From the NCBI GenBank assembly GCA_016927185.1, contig JAFGND010000071.1:114606-134605 (forward strand): DNA of 20,000 nt, read 5' to 3'. This DNA comes from Candidatus Coatesbacteria bacterium. Lineage in GTDB: Bacteria; JAFGND01. The position numbers and the translations under genes are program-made. Under the pieces are notes generated by a model. The model did not search any database. It worked only from the letters and a program-made list of their open reading frames with translations, and had not been told where the DNA came from. Below, one piece after another: positions 16,959 to 20,000 of this stretch (position 1 is its first letter; each line of letters starts with the position of its first letter).

Positions 16959-18215
16959 ATGAAGTATTTGCTTTTCATCTTGATAATATTGATATCGATT
17001 GGCTGCGGAATAGACAAGCGCTATTACAAACTGTCTGAACCGATGAAGGAAGAGTATATGAATATTTATTATATCTCTTCTGGGAAGGAGCTTGATACCT
17101 TCCTTGTTCTTCCTATAAATGAGCAGAAAGCATGGATAGAAAAGTTCTGGAAAGACAGAGATCCTGTTCCAACAACAGAGATTAACGAATTCAAGGAAGA
17201 GATAAAGAAACGCGTGGAATATGCAAACAAATATTTTGAAGTGAAACGTCCCAAGGTGAAAGGATGGAGAACTGACAGGGGTAGAATATTCATAAGGCAT
17301 GGTAAGCCTGATGAGGAAATAAAAAGGCATTATGTCCAGGGTCTTGAGAAGCAGGACAGGATGTGGCAGGGAGAAGAGAATATTGAGGATCATATAAAGA
17401 GGCAAAGGGAATTTGATCTTTATAGTGATTATCTGATTTGGGTTTACAAGGAACCAAAGATGGAGTTTTATTTCCATCAGCAAGGCCCCAACTATTTCAG
17501 ACTTATAAAGGAAGAAATAGAACCTCCTTACAAGGAAGCAGAAGCATTGTATGATCCCAAGATAACACTTAAAGCGGAACATCTTTCTGCAAATATAATG
17601 CTTGTGCAATGGAATGAGAAACTTATGCTGTTTGTAAATCCTCCAAGGGAATCTGTCAAGACAATAGAGACGCAGGAGAATCAGAAACAAGCCTGGCTAG
17701 AATTGCGCTATCTGACTGTTTCCAAAGATGTCAGAAAGACCGGGAAGATTTCTCAGAAGCCTTTTGTTCATATGCCCATCTTTCTGATTACAGGGGTTGA
17801 ACCACAAGAGAATGAAGCTATTGTTTATGTCAGCCTTACTGATCATCTTGCAGAGGAGACAGTTGCGTGGCAGATAAAAACTGACAAAAATCATACAATG
17901 AAGGATGCATTCTTTCTTCAGGGAGTAGGTTTCTTCCCTAATCCATCTGCTCTTTTCAGGCATGGAGAGTCTCTCAGGGTAGCAATTCTTGCTCCATCTG
18001 GTGATTATGAAGTTACAATAGATGGCAATGCAATAGATTCTATGAAAAAGACAGTTACTGCAGAAGAAGCAGAGCTGCCATTTGACCTTGGCAAAGCTTC
18101 TGTATTCAAAGTATCTCTTGAAAAACTTCCTGTTGACAATTACAGGATGAAAATCAAGGGACATGGCAAGGAGTTTGATATGAAATTCAAGATAATACCG
18201 AATATTGCAAAATAG
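16959..18215 (+). CDS. GWxTD domain-containing lipoprotein
   Basis: Lipobox ISIGC and the signature FWKDRDPVPTTEINEFKEE..KRVEYAN..F...GWRTDRGRIFIRHGKPD...W.Y. Beta-rich C-terminal half. Confidence 0.9.
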   Translation: MKYLLFILIILISIGCGIDKRYYKLSEPMKEEYMNIYYISSGKELDTFLVLPINEQKAWIEKFWKDRDPVPTTEINEFKEEIKKRVEYANKYFEVKRPKVKGWRTDRGRIFIRHGKPDEEIKRHYVQGLEKQDRMWQGEENIEDHIKRQREFDLYSDYLIWVYKEPKMEFYFHQQGPNYFRLIKEEIEPPYKEAEALYDPKITLKAEHLSANIMLVQWNEKLMLFVNPPRESVKTIETQENQKQAWLELRYLTVSKDVRKTGKISQKPFVHMPIFLITGVEPQENEAIVYVSLTDHLAEETVAWQIKTDKNHTMKDAFFLQGVGFFPNPSALFRHGESLRVAILAPSGDYEVTIDGNAIDSMKKTVTAEEAELPFDLGKASVFKVSLEKLPVDNYRMKIKGHGKEFDMKFKIIPNIAK

Positions 18216-18216
18216 A

Positions 18217-19011
18217 ATGACGGATTTAACTATCTCGATAATATCTACTAATGAGAGGCACCATTTAGAGAAGCTTTTGCCAGGTATTGATGGAGCATCT
18301 ACAGGACTGAATCTGGAAGTGTTTGTCATTGATAATGCATCCAGTGACGGAACTTCAGAATATGTGAAGGAGAATTTTCCTTCGTTCAGGATTATAAGGC
18401 AGGCAAAGAAAACAGGTTTTTCATCAAACAATAATCTTGCACTGAAGGAAGGAAAAGGGAAATACTTTCTTGTACTGAATCCTGATACTATCTTGCCTGT
18501 CAATGGCTTATCCAAAATGATTTCCTTTCATGAAAAACACGATGAAGCAGGAATAAGCGTTGCAAAGCTTGTTAATCCAGATAATTCGCTGCAGTACACA
18601 GCAAGGCGCTTTCCAAGACCGTCTGCCATATTATTGAGATACATGGGTTTAGACAAACTGGTTCCTGACAATCCAGTTTCAAGAAAATATCTCATTTCAG
18701 ATTGGGACAGAAGTTCAGAGCGGGAAATTGACTGGGCATTAGGTGCGTTTTTGCTTGCAAACCATGAATTCTTCCTTTCCATTGGAGGATTTGATGAAAA
18801 ATTTGATCCTCTATATTATGAGGATATAGACCTGTGCTTCAGAGTAAGGAAGGCAGGCAAGAAGATTTTTTTCAATCCTGATGTTGTTGTAATTCATCAG
18901 TATCACAGGGAGAGCGCAAAAGGTTGTTTCAATAAAATGACTTATTATCACATGCGGAATATAATACGATTTTTCCTCAAGAACGGGATCCCGAAATGGA
19001 CAACTCCCTGA
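18217..19011 (+). CDS. GT2 family glycosyltransferase (WbbL/rhamnosyltransferase-like subgroup)
   Basis: Motifs VIDNASSDGT, GFSSNNN, LVLNPD, DWALGAFL, GGFDE.F..YYEDIDLC.R and H. ATG 18217 lies 1 nt after the GWxTD stop (the track uses TTG 18205). Confidence 0.93.
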   Translation: MTDLTISIISTNERHHLEKLLPGIDGASTGLNLEVFVIDNASSDGTSEYVKENFPSFRIIRQAKKTGFSSNNNLALKEGKGKYFLVLNPDTILPVNGLSKMISFHEKHDEAGISVAKLVNPDNSLQYTARRFPRPSAILLRYMGLDKLVPDNPVSRKYLISDWDRSSEREIDWALGAFLLANHEFFLSIGGFDEKFDPLYYEDIDLCFRVRKAGKKIFFNPDVVVIHQYHRESAKGCFNKMTYYHMRNIIRFFLKNGIPKWTTP

Positions 19012-19029
19012 ATAACAGGGAGTTTTTCT
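19002..19029 (+). terminator. Intrinsic terminator overlapping the GT2 stop codon, between convergent genes
   Basis: AACTCCCTG-aataa-CAGGGAGTT is a perfect 9-bp stem followed by TTTCT. Confidence 0.75.
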
Positions 19030-19030
19030 G

Positions 19031-19711
19031 TCACTTTATAGTATAAGAAGTAAGCTGCATTGTAAAACTTGCAGTAGGACTTTCTACTGTTGATTTTATC
19101 AAACCTACTCCATCTGCAAACCATGCGTATTGAGTTTTATAATCTAAGGATTGTTCATCAAGTTCATAAGACTTCACTTTGACGCAGTTCGTGAATGTCT
19201 TGTTCAATGAGTCAATCTTAACATCCTCGAATGCCTCAGTTTTAGCATAGGAGGTTGTATCTGCTGGATCTGGTTGCCATGTATCTCCCACTTTTGCAGG
19301 TATTTTCAAAATGTCATACCATGTGATTCCACCCATTTTAGGAATGCCAGATTTATAGAAAGTGCTTGTTTTTCCAAGGTACTCTCTTGTAACTTCAGTC
19401 CATGTTGAATCTATAAAACTGCTCTTAAGAGTATAAGTTATTGAATCAATTATGCTTTTATATGTACCATCCCCGGAAACCGTTGTATCCCCAACTATAA
19501 CTATTTTTTCTACAACAAAAACCTGCATTCCTAATTCATTGGTAAAATCGCCTTTATAAGTCCATGTGCTACCGTTAGTCAAAGGAATCCAGTTTCCTGA
19601 ACCGGTATCATTATTGCTCTCATCTTCATCTCCGCAATTGATTGATAACAATGTAATTGCAAGGACAAGAATAATGGATGTAATCAAGACTCTTTTCTTT
19701 TGCTTTTTCAT
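19031..19711 (-). CDS. Beta-rich lipoprotein of unknown function (DUF3108/TapB-like pattern)
   Basis: SD AAAGGAG at 19722-19716 gives the start ATG 19711 (MKKQKKRV...LSINC lipobox). Motifs WIPLTNGSTWTY, KVGDTW, TFTNCVKV and WFADGVGLIK. Confidence 0.78.
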   Translation of the reverse strand: MKKQKKRVLITSIILVLAITLLSINCGDEDESNNDTGSGNWIPLTNGSTWTYKGDFTNELGMQVFVVEKIVIVGDTTVSGDGTYKSIIDSITYTLKSSFIDSTWTEVTREYLGKTSTFYKSGIPKMGGITWYDILKIPAKVGDTWQPDPADTTSYAKTEAFEDVKIDSLNKTFTNCVKVKSYELDEQSLDYKTQYAWFADGVGLIKSTVESPTASFTMQLTSYTIK

Positions 19712-19805
19712 AGAACTCCTTTCTTGAATTTTATCTTGTTTATGTTTTCGAGTATTAATGCTTAATTCATTAACCATACTTTTTTTTCCTGTTTATTTTT
19801 TCAAT

Positions 19806-19988
19806 ATTAAAATGCAAATGTCATTTTAATTGTGCAGGGATATCATTTCTATCCCTGCGTTTTCGGTTTATCATGCAGAGAATTTTGCCTTGCACTCTGC
19901 GGAATCTTATCACAAGCTCTTTTCAGGGAGCCTCAGTTTGGATTTATAAGTCCAGACCTTTCCTTGACTTAGCGTTTTATTGCAAACG
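19806..19988. other. Cluster of inverted repeats in non-coding DNA (possible terminator, operator or structured RNA)
   Basis: Inverted repeats at 19806-14/19822-30, 19834-42/19850-58, 19875-80/19895-900, 19916-21/19926-31, 19936-44/19949-57 and 19973-77/19984-88. Confidence 0.5.
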
Positions 19989-20000
19989 GTAAATCAATTA

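Noticed and set aside
16902-18515. Long antisense ORFs 16902-17690 and 17697-18515
   Set aside because: They lie opposite well-supported GWxTD and GT2 genes, have no recognisable motifs, and have the F/L/I/S/C-rich composition typical of shadow frames.
19900-19965. Hammerhead ribozyme or Moco, glycine or c-di-GMP riboswitch
   Set aside because: Only fragments resemble the consensus (minus-strand GTC...CTGAGG, GGCTCCC..GAAAAGAG, AAGGCAAA). Required cores such as CUGANGA plus GAAA, CCGAAG and GACGCAAAGC are absent.
19873-19992. 39-codon plus-strand ORF (MQRILPCTLR...)
   Set aside because: No SD and no informative composition. It coincides with the hairpin cluster and is the length expected by chance.

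Overview
AT-rich chromosomal window from a diderm bacterium. It encodes lipoproteins and a predicted outer-membrane barrel, and many genes have strong AAGGAG/GGAGG Shine-Dalgarno sites. The gene content (GWxTD protein, HhH-barrel) suggests an FCB-like or candidate-phylum lineage, which is an inference. The left arm, on the minus strand, runs argF, rseC-like, a helix-hairpin-helix/outer-membrane beta-barrel protein, an FHA-PrsW protease fusion, and a sensor with at least five PAS domains. The sensor runs off the window edge and is missing from the ORF track. The last three genes overlap start/stop codons and are the best candidate for an undescribed envelope-spanning signalling system. The middle holds two tandem non-catalytic FGE-sulfatase-fold proteins with a Wzx-type flippase, a convergent degenerate membrane/spermidine-synthase fusion with a probable leaderless promoter, and a TlpA / TPR / adenosine-specific-kinase operon. 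The right arm holds a MoxR ATPase with a small membrane protein and no VWA/DUF58 partner, a GWxTD lipoprotein with a GT2 glycosyltransferase, a beta-rich lipoprotein, and a hairpin-dense non-coding stretch at the right edge. I saw no rRNA, tRNA, CRISPR array, transposase or reverse transcriptase. All family calls come from reading motifs by eye, not from database searches.
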